This document shows, in pieces, positions 26,097-37,200 of a stretch of DNA of 56,483 bases. Source of the DNA: a virus (taxonomy: Duplodnaviria > Caudoviricetes); the IMG/VR virus record IMGVR_UViG_3300047388_000152, positions 1 to 56,483 of that record, one strand, 5' to 3'. The notes beneath the pieces were generated by a model. That model was given only the letters and a program-made list of their open reading frames with translations, was not told the origin of the DNA and ran no database searches. Made by a program: the position numbers and the translations under genes. Position 1 is the first letter of the stretch, and each line of letters begins with the position of its first letter.

Positions 26097-26866
26097 TGAA
26101 CCACGAAGAAGAACGGCAAAAGATTGTCGATAGCGTTCTCAATCTCAATAAGTCTATCGCTAACTCTCTTGACCCAGAGACTCACGTGGCTCCAATCCGC
26201 TACCAGCCTTGGATAGAGTACTACTTAGAGAACAAATGCACTCTTGAAAAAGTAGGACAACAGTTCGGTGTATCCAGAGAGCGTGTAAGACAAATACTCA
26301 AGAAGTATGGTGTTAATCAACGTTGGTTGTGGTCTAGCAGGAATAACCCTCATCCGCCTAAGATGACGCCAGAGTTGTACACGGCGCGTTCTAAGGCAAG
26401 ATTGTGGTCAAGGATAGATATAACGACTGACCCTGAGGAATGCTGGAATTGGACTGGTTATGTCAATAACAAACTAGGCTATCCTGCTTACAATGTCAGA
26501 GCTTTGCATCTGCCGTGGACACCAAAGAAAGACAACACGACTCGCGTTCAACCTATCGTTTGGTGGTTAACCTACGATAAAGCACCTGAACATTGGATTG
26601 TGACCCTGTGCAAGAACCATCTCTGTTGCAACCCAAATCATCTGGCAGACCTCCCTGCTACTGAAATGACAAGGTTCCGAGGGCCGATGAAGAATCGAGT
26701 GGTAAAGACCCATTGCAAAAGAGGACATGAGTACACACCAGAGAATACGTATGTCTGGCACGGTAAGTACGATGTTCGATGTTGTAGAACCTGTAGTCGA
26801 ATTCGGGAGAATGCTAGAAATGCAAAGCTACGTTCAGCTTCAAAAGAACAGCAAAATTCATCTTGA
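26096..26866 (+). CDS. Sigma70 region-4 HTH fused to an HNH-like and zinc-finger domain
   Basis: TLEKVGQQFGVSRERVRQI; ECWNWTG; CKNHLCCNPNHL; KTHCKRGH..TPENTY. Confidence 0.75.
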   Translation: MNHEEERQKIVDSVLNLNKSIANSLDPETHVAPIRYQPWIEYYLENKCTLEKVGQQFGVSRERVRQILKKYGVNQRWLWSSRNNPHPPKMTPELYTARSKARLWSRIDITTDPEECWNWTGYVNNKLGYPAYNVRALHLPWTPKKDNTTRVQPIVWWLTYDKAPEHWIVTLCKNHLCCNPNHLADLPATEMTRFRGPMKNRVVKTHCKRGHEYTPENTYVWHGKYDVRCCRTCSRIRENARNAKLRSASKEQQNSS

Positions 26867-26975
26867 CAAGCAACGCCTTGGTTGCGAAACTGTCTATGGG
26901 TTAAGGGTGAGGACGGCTCGGCTTGGTCTCCATTTGAATAATGGAGAGTGTGAGAGTCCGTGAAATCATCTAACC
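26863..26975 (+). promoter_or_regulatory. Promoter TTGACA-17-GAAACT plus a long leader hairpin covering the GTG start
   Basis: Nested pairings GGTTA/TAACC, GGTGA/TCATC, GGAC/GTCC, TCTCCATT/AATGGAGA. Confidence 0.55.
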
Positions 26976-27496
26976 GCTTGCCAGACGGGTCTGACACCCG
27001 TAATCCCCCACGCAGAAAGAATCAGAACGAGCGCTGGGAATATCAGTGCCAACGTTGCCGTTTCTGGAAACCTTGGAAGGCTTTCAAAGAGTACAAGCGA
27101 CGGTTGAGATTTGAGAAATATATCGACCAATTCTGTAATGACTGCACAGCCTTTCTTGGTCGTCATAAAGACCGTCAACAATTCCGCCAACGGTCTCAAT
27201 CTTCCAGACGCCGAATGGCCTTTCAGCAACCACTGTCTGATGCCGCTCAGTTAGAGATTGACCATTTCTACCGCCTCGCTCAACGTAAGACAGAACAAAC
27301 GGGCATTAAGCACTCCGTTGACCACATAGTTCCTTTAATCCACGACAAAGTTTGCGGATTGCACGTACCTTGGAATATGCAAGTCCTCACCCTTGTGGAT
27401 AATATAGCCAAGAGCAACAATTTCCTCGTACATAAGGAGATGCCTGACGGGCGTATTGTGATTCTGGATGTAGATATTGCCTATTTATTGCGGTGA
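26960..27496 (+). CDS. HNH endonuclease
   Basis: [20 protein letters not shown]...N..K.N. Confidence 0.85.
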   Translation: MKSSNRLPDGSDTRNPPRRKNQNERWEYQCQRCRFWKPWKAFKEYKRRLRFEKYIDQFCNDCTAFLGRHKDRQQFRQRSQSSRRRMAFQQPLSDAAQLEIDHFYRLAQRKTEQTGIKHSVDHIVPLIHDKVCGLHVPWNMQVLTLVDNIAKSNNFLVHKEMPDGRIVILDVDIAYLLR

Positions 27497-27681
27497 ACAA
27501 GAGAAAACTAAAGCCTTGGCAACTTGCTAAAGCAAGTATTCAGCCAAAACCTAAGAAATCAAGGTCTATGGCTAGGTCTGTCTTGCCGATTCTTCCTCTA
27601 TCAGAGGCAATAAAAAGGCTCGGAGACGATGAAATCTGGGTCAAAGTCTCCAAGCGGATGCGGTACGATAATGAGGATTGA
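27493..27681 (+). CDS. Hypothetical basic protein
   Basis: GTGA overlap; last + strand gene of the left arm. Confidence 0.5.
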   Translation: MNKRKLKPWQLAKASIQPKPKKSRSMARSVLPILPLSEAIKRLGDDEIWVKVSKRMRYDNED

Positions 27682-27682
27682 A

Positions 27683-27838
27683 TTACTTGTTCAGTTTCTC
27701 AAAAAACAAGACGTAGAAGATGATTGCAAAGAGTAACCATTGTGCAAATCCACCGAGACGGACTACTCTTGGGTCAGTCCAAACGTAACCCAGTAGGGCT
27801 AGAATTAAAATTACGAGGTAGACGAGAGCTAAAAACAT
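27683..27838 (-). CDS. 51-aa two-TM membrane peptide
   Basis: MFLALVYLVILILALLGYVW...; SD AGGAG. Confidence 0.7.
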   Translation of the reverse strand: MFLALVYLVILILALLGYVWTDPRVVRLGGFAQWLLFAIIFYVLFFEKLNK

Positions 27839-27903
27839 AGTAATCTCCTGTGTTTGAAAGGCTACATATCACGGTTGTTAATGTGATACTTTAACATTGT
27901 ACG

Positions 27904-27934
27904 GAAAGGTCTTGCCTTATGACCTTTTTCTTTT
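27904..27934 (+). terminator. Terminator-like hairpin
   Basis: AAAGGTC/GACCTTT followed by TTCTTTT. Confidence 0.55.
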
Positions 27935-27994
27935 GATAGGGAATGGAGTTCCGGTGTTCATTGTGGCGATGAGCTTATGCCGTCCTTCCATTCC

Positions 27995-28483
27995 CTATTT
28001 CTTTTTACTTACCTCTGATGAGTCAGGACTGCCTGCCTGTACCCCTAACCGATAAGCATTCTGTTCCTTAATGGCCTGTAGAGAGTCACTGATGCCCTTG
28101 ACGGTCACCTTTAGGTCATTGATGTCGTTCTGCATCTGTTGCATCTGCACTTGCTGAGTAGTGTCCTTTTGGACAATACCCACAAACGATGCTCCGTAGC
28201 TGAACACTACCATCAGTAAAGCTGGCAATACGCCTATAGCGGCTAAAAAACCCTTTGAAATTACGACCTTCTCTGAAAGTTTGGTGTCTGCACGGGTCAT
28301 AAGGCTTTCCTTTTTCGTTAACTCGTGACCCGTTGTATCCACCAATACAGGGTCGTTATCATTCGGTTCTACAGATATATGAACATCTGCATTCGGAGGC
28401 ACGTGGAGGTCGTAGAGCCGTGCGGCAGTGTTAGGCATATTTGTTCTCCCTGTGCTCTGTGGGGTGAGCAGTCTTACATTCAC
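27995..28483 (-). CDS. Membrane protein with coiled coil (lysis region)
   Basis: One TM followed by a Q-rich coiled coil; start uncertain. Confidence 0.6.
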   Translation of the reverse strand: MNVRLLTPQSTGRTNMPNTAARLYDLHVPPNADVHISVEPNDNDPVLVDTTGHELTKKESLMTRADTKLSEKVVISKGFLAAIGVLPALLMVVFSYGASFVGIVQKDTTQQVQMQQMQNDINDLKVTVKGISDSLQAIKEQNAYRLGVQAGSPDSSEVSKKK

Positions 28484-28537
28484 ACACCTCTTATAGTCTC
28501 ACGTGGTTGAGTTTCACTTGAGTCTCCTGTCAGACAC

Positions 28538-29134
28538 TCACTGTTCAACAATGGACGTTGGGCCATGCACCTCAAGCCAGCCGTGTTCCTCATCTAAGAC
28601 TAACGGCCCTGTCACTGAGACGTGCTTACCCATCGCTGGAATCTTTAACGGTAAAGTATAACCATCACACGCTTTCTCTTCTACCACATCCCGTTGCGTT
28701 GGAATCCGTTCACACACAGGTTCGATAACCAGTTTCCCCATCTGGTCAGTCCTGTTCTTATCATTCAAAAGATTCTCTTCCCCTAAATCCAGAGTCAGAC
28801 GGATATGTAAATCACCATCTGGTTCAGGCTTGGACGAAAACAGAACCCCTGTAACTGTTATGCAGTCCTGAATGACGTGTAAACGGTCTTGAGGGGTCTT
28901 GAATCTCCTAGGGTCACCAGCGTAGACGTGTTGCCAGATACTAGCGTCACACTGACCGCGTTGCGTTAGTAGTGTTGGTGTAGGAGTGGGAGTCGGCACA
29001 AGAGGCGCGGATTGACGTATGGCAAGAACGCCCGCCAATGCCGCAACACCTACCCCTATTCCGATAATGACGGCTCTTTTCATTCGTGCCCTTTCTTTGC
29101 TAGGTCGTTTAGGTCGGCCTGTGCCTTGTTCCAA
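28538..29134 (-). CDS. Exported OB-fold-like protein
   Basis: Signal/TM, PTPTPT linker, DGDLHIRL...EVH; true start probably near 29086. Confidence 0.65.
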   Translation of the reverse strand: MEQGTGRPKRPSKERARMKRAVIIGIGVGVAALAGVLAIRQSAPLVPTPTPTPTLLTQRGQCDASIWQHVYAGDPRRFKTPQDRLHVIQDCITVTGVLFSSKPEPDGDLHIRLTLDLGEENLLNDKNRTDQMGKLVIEPVCERIPTQRDVVEEKACDGYTLPLKIPAMGKHVSVTGPLVLDEEHGWLEVHGPTSIVEQ

Positions 29135-29295
29135 TCGGCCTCAGCTTCCGCGATAAGCTGGTCAACGGTCATTGAACCGTTACCTTGAATGGCTTTCTTG
29201 AGTGCCGTGATAAAGCTCAGAGCTACTGGCTCAAGAATGACTATTTCATTGAGTGCTGTAAGGATTTTGTTTGTTGAATCAGGCGTTATGCTCAT
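29080..29295 (-). CDS. Hypothetical protein
   Basis: SD GGAGG; overlaps neighbours. Confidence 0.65.
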   Translation of the reverse strand: MSITPDSTNKILTALNEIVILEPVALSFITALKKAIQGNGSMTVDQLIAEAEADWNKAQADLNDLAKKGHE

Positions 29296-29779
29296 ATAAG
29301 ACCTCCGCTCCTGTGTGATAGCCAGCCTGTGTGAAAATGGCTGAAATAGTGAGAATGGCTGCCCGAACCAAGTTAAGAGCAGTCAATACTGTTGCACCGT
29401 TCTGTGGCGACAGCACTTTCAGATTTTCCAAAATACTCAAAAAAGGTGCGACAACACCGTTACTGAACAACGTATTAAGCGTGTTCAAAGTAGAGGCTGA
29501 GTTATCGTTTGCCGCATTAGCCGCCTTGATAGCAGAGTCGAACAACCGCCCACCGTCTATAATCTTCTGGCAGTCTCGAACAAACACATCTTTCTGAGCT
29601 AGTGTAATAACGTGGGCGTCATACACCCCTCCGACCGCAACGATAACCGAGTCGGTCAACTTCGGAAGCGTGTCAGCCGCCTTAGCCGCTTTCTGTATAG
29701 CCGTCCCCTGTGGACAGGCGGTAGTGAGCATCGCCAAGACTATGACGAACACACCGCTGAAATTCTTAGCGAGTCTCAT
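29279..29779 (-). CDS. Lipoprotein (possible spanin-like)
   Basis: Signal peptide with lipobox-like LTTA-C. Confidence 0.65.
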   Translation of the reverse strand: MRLAKNFSGVFVIVLAMLTTACPQGTAIQKAAKAADTLPKLTDSVIVAVGGVYDAHVITLAQKDVFVRDCQKIIDGGRLFDSAIKAANAANDNSASTLNTLNTLFSNGVVAPFLSILENLKVLSPQNGATVLTALNLVRAAILTISAIFTQAGYHTGAEVLYEHNA

Positions 29780-29790
29780 ATTTCTCCTAT

Positions 29791-29819
29791 AAAACAGGGA
29801 TGGATTTTACCCCATCCCT
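29791..29819 (-). terminator. Terminator-like hairpin
   Basis: AGGGATGG/CCATCCCT followed by GTTTT on the - strand. Confidence 0.5.
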
Positions 29820-29827
29820 TTCCTAAT

Positions 29828-30157
29828 TTACGCTACTGGCGGTGCTGGAGTTGGAGCAATAGCGAGTACGTTACCCGATACTGCCGACAACTGAGCTTCT
29901 GCCGCTTTGAGTCCTGAAAGGTCAATGGCTGGATTAGCGGCAATAGCTGCCGCAACTTCGTCCTTGACCGTCTGAATAGCTGTTCCGATAGCAGCCAAAT
30001 CCGCGTCCTCTGACGCGACCAATGCGTTCAAATCATCCTGAGCAGACATAATGTGTTTTAACTCCTTCCTTGTTTCTAGTTGATGCCGGAGCACCTTGTT
30101 GATGAGATTCTTAATCTCGTGTAATGCCGAATGAATTTCGGCAGAATCGTGTTCCAT
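29828..30157 (-). CDS. Coiled-coil hypothetical protein
   Basis: Possible internal start MSAQ with its own SD. Confidence 0.65.
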   Translation of the reverse strand: MEHDSAEIHSALHEIKNLINKVLRHQLETRKELKHIMSAQDDLNALVASEDADLAAIGTAIQTVKDEVAAAIAANPAIDLSGLKAAEAQLSAVSGNVLAIAPTPAPPVA

Positions 30158-30251
30158 TACTGCCTCGTAAATGCGTAAATGAGCATTCCTATTACGGCCA
30201 AACCTATGACCGTAATGCCGATATGGTCGTACAGAAAATAGCCTAGCTTCT

Positions 30252-30707
30252 TCATTTCTTTTTGGGTGTCGGCTTGACTACCTTTGCTGGTGCTTTTTTC
30301 ACCGCTTTAGGCTTAGTCTCAGCGTTCACCAACTCGGTAGAGGCTTTCACAATGTCTACTGCCTTTGTCTGAATCTCCTGAGCCTTTTCACCTTTCTTGG
30401 TCTTTGTCTGCTTAGTAGAGATAAATCCCAAGAACACTGACAAGGCTAGTCCCAGTCCTACTGGACTGGCATTGATGTCAAAGCCAAAAAATGAGAACAG
30501 CGGCGAAACATCCGTCAGCGCCATCAGTCCTGACAGTGCGAGTATAAACGATGCCCCTGCTATAAACCTCGCCTTATTTTGTTCCAACCAGTACACGAAG
30601 TTAAAGGAATTGATTCCAGTCTTACTTATGGACGTGCCTAGAGACAGCACAAACACTGTCGAGTATAAAATCGCTAAATTCTTTATGAAAGGTAGTACGT
30701 ATTCCAT
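30252..30707 (-). CDS. Holin-like three-TM protein
   Basis: Three hydrophobic segments and a basic C-tail; adjacent to lysozyme. Confidence 0.6.
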   Translation of the reverse strand: MEYVLPFIKNLAILYSTVFVLSLGTSISKTGINSFNFVYWLEQNKARFIAGASFILALSGLMALTDVSPLFSFFGFDINASPVGLGLALSVFLGFISTKQTKTKKGEKAQEIQTKAVDIVKASTELVNAETKPKAVKKAPAKVVKPTPKKK

Positions 30708-30711
30708 AGTT

Positions 30712-31140
30712 TTAGTAAGGGGTCAGGAACTGTTTCTTTTCGGTCTGCCTACGGCCTATGATTTCAGGGGGCTTATTCCACAGTAGAAATGCTTGTGCCG
30801 CTTTCCCAAAATCAACCTTATTAATCCACTTGAGTACTGACGATTTTTTCCACCCACCTACACCGATGTTGAAAGCCAGAGAAGTACAGGCGTCAAATTG
30901 ATGGTCGGCTAACGGAACTTTAACCGTGGCGTTGATAATATCCTCACAGGCTTTCAGGTCTTGGGCTAGAAAAGCATCACATTGAGCTTGAGTGATAGTC
31001 TGACCGACCTTCAGATGGTCAGTTTGGACTACCAAGTGTCCACAACCGCAAGTTGGTAAGCCCCGTGAATCCCTATAAACTTTCAAGACAATTCCCTCGC
31101 GGGCTTCTAAAAGTCTAATTCCGTGTTGACTCGTGTTCAT
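30712..31140 (-). CDS. Phage lysozyme (GH24 endolysin)
   Basis: EG....Y.DS.G.PT.G.GHL catalytic triad; QFDA..S.AFNIG; RR..E. Confidence 0.92.
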   Translation of the reverse strand: MNTSQHGIRLLEAREGIVLKVYRDSRGLPTCGCGHLVVQTDHLKVGQTITQAQCDAFLAQDLKACEDIINATVKVPLADHQFDACTSLAFNIGVGGWKKSSVLKWINKVDFGKAAQAFLLWNKPPEIIGRRQTEKKQFLTPY

Positions 31141-31213
31141 ATGCTTAAAACTCACTTCTATCACTTAATTCTCGGTGCCTATATGTTCGCCGTTCCTATA
31201 AGCGTTCTAGCGG

Positions 31214-34200
31214 TCAGTGGCCTCCTTTCTTTTGGTAAGTCTGTTCGTCAACGCCTAAGAAAGCGGGTGGCGCGGTCTTAAACACGCCCATCACACCGCT
31301 ATCCTCAGCACCCTCGGCAATCTCTTTGACTATCATCGGCAACATCATATGAAGAATGATGTTTTGCTGAATGTCGTCTGCCGCGTTCTTCCCTAATCCA
31401 CTCCAATTACCTCTCGTAGCGTTGTTGTACGCTTCTCCTAACCTGAATTGATAGTTAGCAGGCTGGCCGATGACATCCTTGCCCGTAAAGTGTTCAAGCG
31501 GGAACGTGACGGCAGGAGATAGTTTTTTCTCCAAGAATGTCTTCGCTATCTCTAATGGTTCGTGGTACTTGTCCTGCTGCACTCCAGTCTCGTAGTTGTA
31601 GATACTGTGTCCCAGTCTCCACAAGAATACGGCAGTACCACCAAAACCCGCAGTTAAATCATAACGGGTATTACCAAACTTCACCTTAGCAAAGTCAGTG
31701 TCTGATGGGTCTGTGGCACTCTCTCCTCCGAATACGGCTACCATTGTCGTGTAGGCCAGAGCCATTCCTGCCGTAAATCGCATAGCTTCTCTAGCCTTCA
31801 GGTTCCGTGTAACTGGGTCATCCTTGATGTAAGAGAACGGATTGAACAGTTCGTTGGCCACTTTAACCTGAGACAGTTTAAGTCTTGGAGCAAAGAGAGT
31901 GTCTTTGATGAGAGGGTTGTTCAAGACCTTTTCTACTCCATCGCCAAACACCGCACGACCTGTGTAAGCATTCGCTAGGTTAGCGATGTTCTTGTAGAAC
32001 TCAGGGTTAGCCTCTGGTGTCATTCCTCTTGCCTCTCCAAACGCTCTCCATTTGTTAAAGAGAGCAAGACGTTCCATATTCATTCCCAAGATAAATCCCT
32101 GTTGAGAACGTTGAACATGAGGTAAAGATTGAGTCCAGTTGCCCCGTAGCTCGTCCTCTTCTACGTGACCCGTGTTCGAGACGGATGTGGATGGCAACTC
32201 TGAGAGATTTCCGCCGAATCGTTTATACAGGTCTACTCCGGGCAATTTATTAAAGTCGTGAGCCAGACGGGTAAATTCTTCGGGGTTAGCGGCTATTCCT
32301 CTCGCCGTAGCAGGAATGCTCTGTTTTAGCGACACGTCTAACGGATGAGTCAGGAACGCTACTAACCCCTGTCTGCCTTGGTGGACATTTAGTGAGGTCA
32401 TTAAAGGACGTGGAGTGTCCACTGCCTGTCTAACGGCTCTTTTCCATAGAGGCTTAGAGACACGGTTAAATTCTCTTGCTGCGTTACTACGCGCTTCCAT
32501 AGAACGACTAGTAGCTTCAGCTTTCTGAATCAACAGCATCTGTTGGTCGATGTCGATACCGTGGTCATTCCAGACTTTCTGCATCTCTTCAGACGCATTG
32601 GCTAATTGAGCCGCGTTTTGTTTGGCCTTTTTAGCAGCCTCTATTCGTTGATAAGAGTCTTTGTAGAGAGAATCCCTCTGACCCTTGCTCAACTGTTTCA
32701 TTAGGTCAGGAAACTCTGCATCCATCTCCCGATACCATTGATTAGAACTGATAGCCCGTCTGGATGGAGTGCCACCGAGTTTATCATTCAACCATTTCTC
32801 CGCTCCGGCAGCAGCTAGGTCGGATAGTGTTTGAGGGTCTTTAATATTAGCCCCTTCTAGTCTTGTCCTAGCATCTTTGGCTAGTTCTCGTACAGGAGTG
32901 TCCCAGAACGCAGCTTTCTTAGTGGCGTCTCTTGCCTCTCTCAAGTTCCGTGCGATAGCGGTTTCGTTCGTCTTAGCCGCAGCTAGTGATTCAGCTTTCT
33001 TCTGGGCACGTTGAGCATCTAGCTCTTTAAGCTGATTCATTGCGTCTTTACGCACTTGAGGGTCTGTAGACTCACGAGATGCCTTTAACGCTCCTATACG
33101 AGCATCATTCAGAGCCTTAGACTCTTTCTGGATATCCTGAAGGATAGACCGCCGTTCAGCATCTGTAGCGCCTCTATCGTTGAGAGCTTTAATCCGGGCA
33201 TCTTGTCTAAGCTCGTAAGCACGTTGGCGTATGTCTTGAAGATGTGGTTCTACAGCCGCTCCAAACGTATCGGTCAACTCTTTGTTCAGGTCTTCGATTT
33301 TAGGAACCTTGTGGAGTCTGCCAGCGGCATACTGAGCTATCAGTTCCGCATCACCGGGGAGTTCTTTCTTTACACCAATGGCACCACGTTCCCCGACCGT
33401 GGCTTTCTGTCTCTCTAGTCCCCCAAGATTAAGGTTCTTAATGCGAGATAGTACATCGTTCTTAGCCTGTTCAGACGCCTTCTCTAGCTTGTCGATGTAG
33501 GTCTCAGACTTCTTAGCACCGCCTGTTCTCTTAGTGGAGTTTTTCTGAGCTTCCGCTAACTGTTTATCGAGTTGAGCAATACGGTCATTTTGCCGTTGAA
33601 TCTCCTCTCCAGTCTTGCGGATGTACTCACTCTCTTTACTATCAAGTCCTTTGTTTCTAGCCTTTTGTGAGAGTTTGTTAAGGTAATACTCCATCTTATC
33701 TGGAGCAAAATCTTCCACGGCACGAATGCCAGCGTTCATCTGTCCCATCTCGGTCGCTTTTTTGGTGAACCGATTTATGAAATCATCGTGTTTCTTAGCC
33801 AGTTCGTCAGCCTTAGCGGGGTCTGTAGAACGTAAAGACTCAATCTCAGCCGCTTGGTGACGCATCACCCCGAATCCGACAGACGCCCAGTTGGTCGCAG
33901 GTTCTACCTTTCCTGAGAGGACATCAGTGCGAGCGGTATCTATTCCTTTGTCGGCTATATATGCTTGTCCTACGTTCTGAGCGTCTTTAGGGATGTTCTG
34001 AGGCTCATAGGTGGTCTTAGAACCTTTCTCTAGCTGTGCGGCATCAAGAGTCTGAGAGAGACCGCGTTCTTTAAGTGGAATAGTTGCCCTTACGTTATCA
34101 GGTGCCATTCCTTTCCCAATCTTAGGCTTGAGTTCGTCAGCACTGATTCTCTCTGGCTTAACGGACTCGGACTTAGCGACCTCGCCTGTGGGACGTAGAA

Positions 34201-37200
34201 CTTCAGGCTTAATATCCTCAAAGGTCTTGTCCATCCCTGTGAATTTAGAATTATCTCTTACGTATTCATAGGCTGCTCTTAGATAGGGCTTAACTACATC
34301 CCCCATCTCGTCTACCATTCGTTTCGAGTAGTCAGCGAAAGTACGACTGCCCGCTTCCACATGGTAGGAAGCAACGCGGAGTAGGGCTTTGGCTAGTTCA
34401 GGGTCAACAGGCAATCCACTTGATGCTGTTCTTGTGGACTCTTTGAGTTTCTGGGAGACGACTGACTTAGCTTTATTGTATTCGTCAGTCGTTACCAGCT
34501 TGTTCTTACTTCCATAGGTTCGGGGCACCTTTTCGGAGGTAGTAGTAGCGGATTCTGAGGGTTTGCCTTCAGGTTTAGTATCAGACGATGCCCCGATTTC
34601 TTTCCATTGGTCATTGAGAGCCGTAGTCCCGTTATACCCCTCACCGGGACGTATCCTGACTCTCTGAGTACCGTTCGGCATAGTATCGACGTAGCCGACC
34701 CTTGCGCCGTCACTGACGGGTGTTTGACCCTTTGGAATCCAATCTGTGCCCTCTGGAGCTTGAGGAGTTGCAGGAGTCTCCTCTGCTACAGGCTTTTTAG
34801 CCGTTTCGATAGGTGCAAGGTCTCCCCCAAAATCAGGATAGCCGTTAGGACGGTCTTTCCTATCATCACGCATACGATAGCGACTACCATTTGCACGTTC
34901 GTATAGAGGTTCCTCTGCAGCGTTCTGCCCGACAGGTGTATCTTCAGCAGGGGTGACTGTTTCTCGTGGTGCTGTAAGTTCGCCCTTTTTAGCTATAGAT
35001 TTCTTGGGTTTCGCTGTCACGTTGGCAGTGCTTGACCCGTTTTTAGACAATGCTTTCTGAGTGTAGAGAGCATCGTTAGTGTCTTGAACTTCCTCTGGAG
35101 TCCTAGCTACTTCCTCACTAGACTTCTTTATCTCTGCCTCTTTCTCTGCCTTAGTTTTTCCTTGAAAATCAGATTCAGGGGTAACCGGAGGCTCGAACAC
35201 CCCACCTATGGTCTCTGGTGCCTGCTCACCATCACGGATAATCCCATTCTCATCTACATAGGACGGACTAGGTTTACCCTCTGTATCTGTAAACGGTACT
35301 TGGTTATTAAGACCTTCTTTTAGTTGGTTCTGTAGGTCTTGAATATGTTGAGGTAAATCTTTGTAAGTGGTCTCTGGTATCTCAACTTGAACCTGTGCAT
35401 TTGTCTTTGGGTCAACGGTCTTAACATCACCGTCCTTAGACATCTCCACTACTGCTGCATTCCCACGTTCGTCTTGAACACGAATAGGCGTGTCTACCAC
35501 ATCGTGCCCGCCGAGACTGGAAGCGTGAAGCAGTGTGAATAAGACAGCATTACTAAATGAGTCTTTATTACTATCCCCAAAGGCTTTTGACACAAGTCCT
35601 GACCCAACACCAACTGTGCCTAATTCAACGCCTTTAGAGAGAATCTTTCCAGTGTAAGGTTCGGCCAACTTACCAATTCCGGGGGCAACCTCACCAACCT
35701 TACCCAATGCGTACCCTTTCGCACCTTCTAATGCGACTTTAGACCAATCTACTTTGTTACCTTCTCCAGCCGCTTGTAGGGCAGAGTCAGACGCAAATTG
35801 TACCGCTGGCCCACCGGGGTATATGACCATTCGAGCAAAATCACCCGTCAACTGACCAGCGGTACGAGCGATAGTTGACCCCCAAGTATTCCGTTGGATA
35901 GGACGGCCTTCTAGGTATCCCTTATCCTCTGGTGTTGCGGTATCGGTGTATTTGCTCTGCGTAGCATCTGCAACCTGTCCGATATTCTGAGAGGCATCTT
36001 GCAGATACTTCACGAGACCGTCTGCGGGACGAGTGCCCTCTGTAAGCCCCGGAATGTGCATTAGGGGATTGGCTTCCTGCTCTATTTGAAGTATTCCCGC
36101 CAACGCTTTAGCAGTAGTGCCACCTGAGCCTAGCAATCCACCAATAGCAGCCGCTGTAGGGTCTTTTGCTAAATCAGGGACACCAGAGTAGGGACTGTCT
36201 ATCGCGGATTTGATGTCATCAGCCGTATCCTGTGCAAAGTTACGTCCCACTTGTAGATTAGGCTGTGGATTCTCCACTCTCTCTCGGTTTATTTTGTCTT
36301 GGAGCATCGGATTAACGTCTACTCCACCTCTAGCTAAGTCTCCGTAACTAACATCAATATTCTGTCCGGGCTTGAAATCGGTGACTAAGTGAAAATCACC
36401 CGTATGAATACCGGGATACTTAGCCTGTAACTGGCCCGCAAGGTATTTTTCAGCATCTGCTTTATTTCTCACAGATGACGGAAGCGAAATAGTGTCGGAT
36501 ACGGCAGTCTTGAAACTATCCCAATCTCTAGCATTTACCTCTTGCGTGGGACGTTGTGGAATAGGTTGAAGGTTCTTGTCTAAGAGATTACCGTTCTCGT
36601 CGTAGTTCTCGTCTCCAACTTTTACATCAGTCTTCTCTCCGTGCTTTGGAACAGTACCTTGAGGTGCTGACATTGTGGCAGTACTTGACCGCGTAGGCAC
36701 AGCCGCTATTTGTCCAACGGGAGTGACATTCGGAACAGTAGTAGGCAGAGACTGTCTAAACGTGTTTTGAGTCTGAATATTGTCTTCAAGCTGATTGTCT
36801 TTTAGATACTGTTGATACCTGTCAGCTAGTATCTTTTGGTCAACATTTACAGGAGATTGAGACGGGTCAAAGTTCACAGGAGCCGTATCTTGTATCTCTT
36901 GAGGCATCGTTCCTTGGGGAACATCCTGAGCCACAGGAGCCGTGGGTTGTGCCTGAGCGTTAGGGTCTGGAGCTAACGCTTGTCCCGGGGGTGGTTTCAA
37001 GACGCCATCCACGTCTTTCTGTGCAAACGAAAAATCAGGAGGAACAATCTTATCCACATCTGCTTGAGCAAAAGAATAATCAGGAGTAGATGTCTGACCC
37101 TTTTTGGTGCGATTGAGAACACCTTGTGTATATTCCCTAAAACTTGGTTCATCGGGCTTAAAACGGGTAGGGTTATCATACTGTTCCATCCGTCCTTCAC

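Noticed and set aside
26897-26975. Hammerhead-like words (TGA-GGAC...GTCC-GTGAAA)
   Set aside because: The CUGANGA core is absent and GAAA is displaced; a simple hairpin explains it better.
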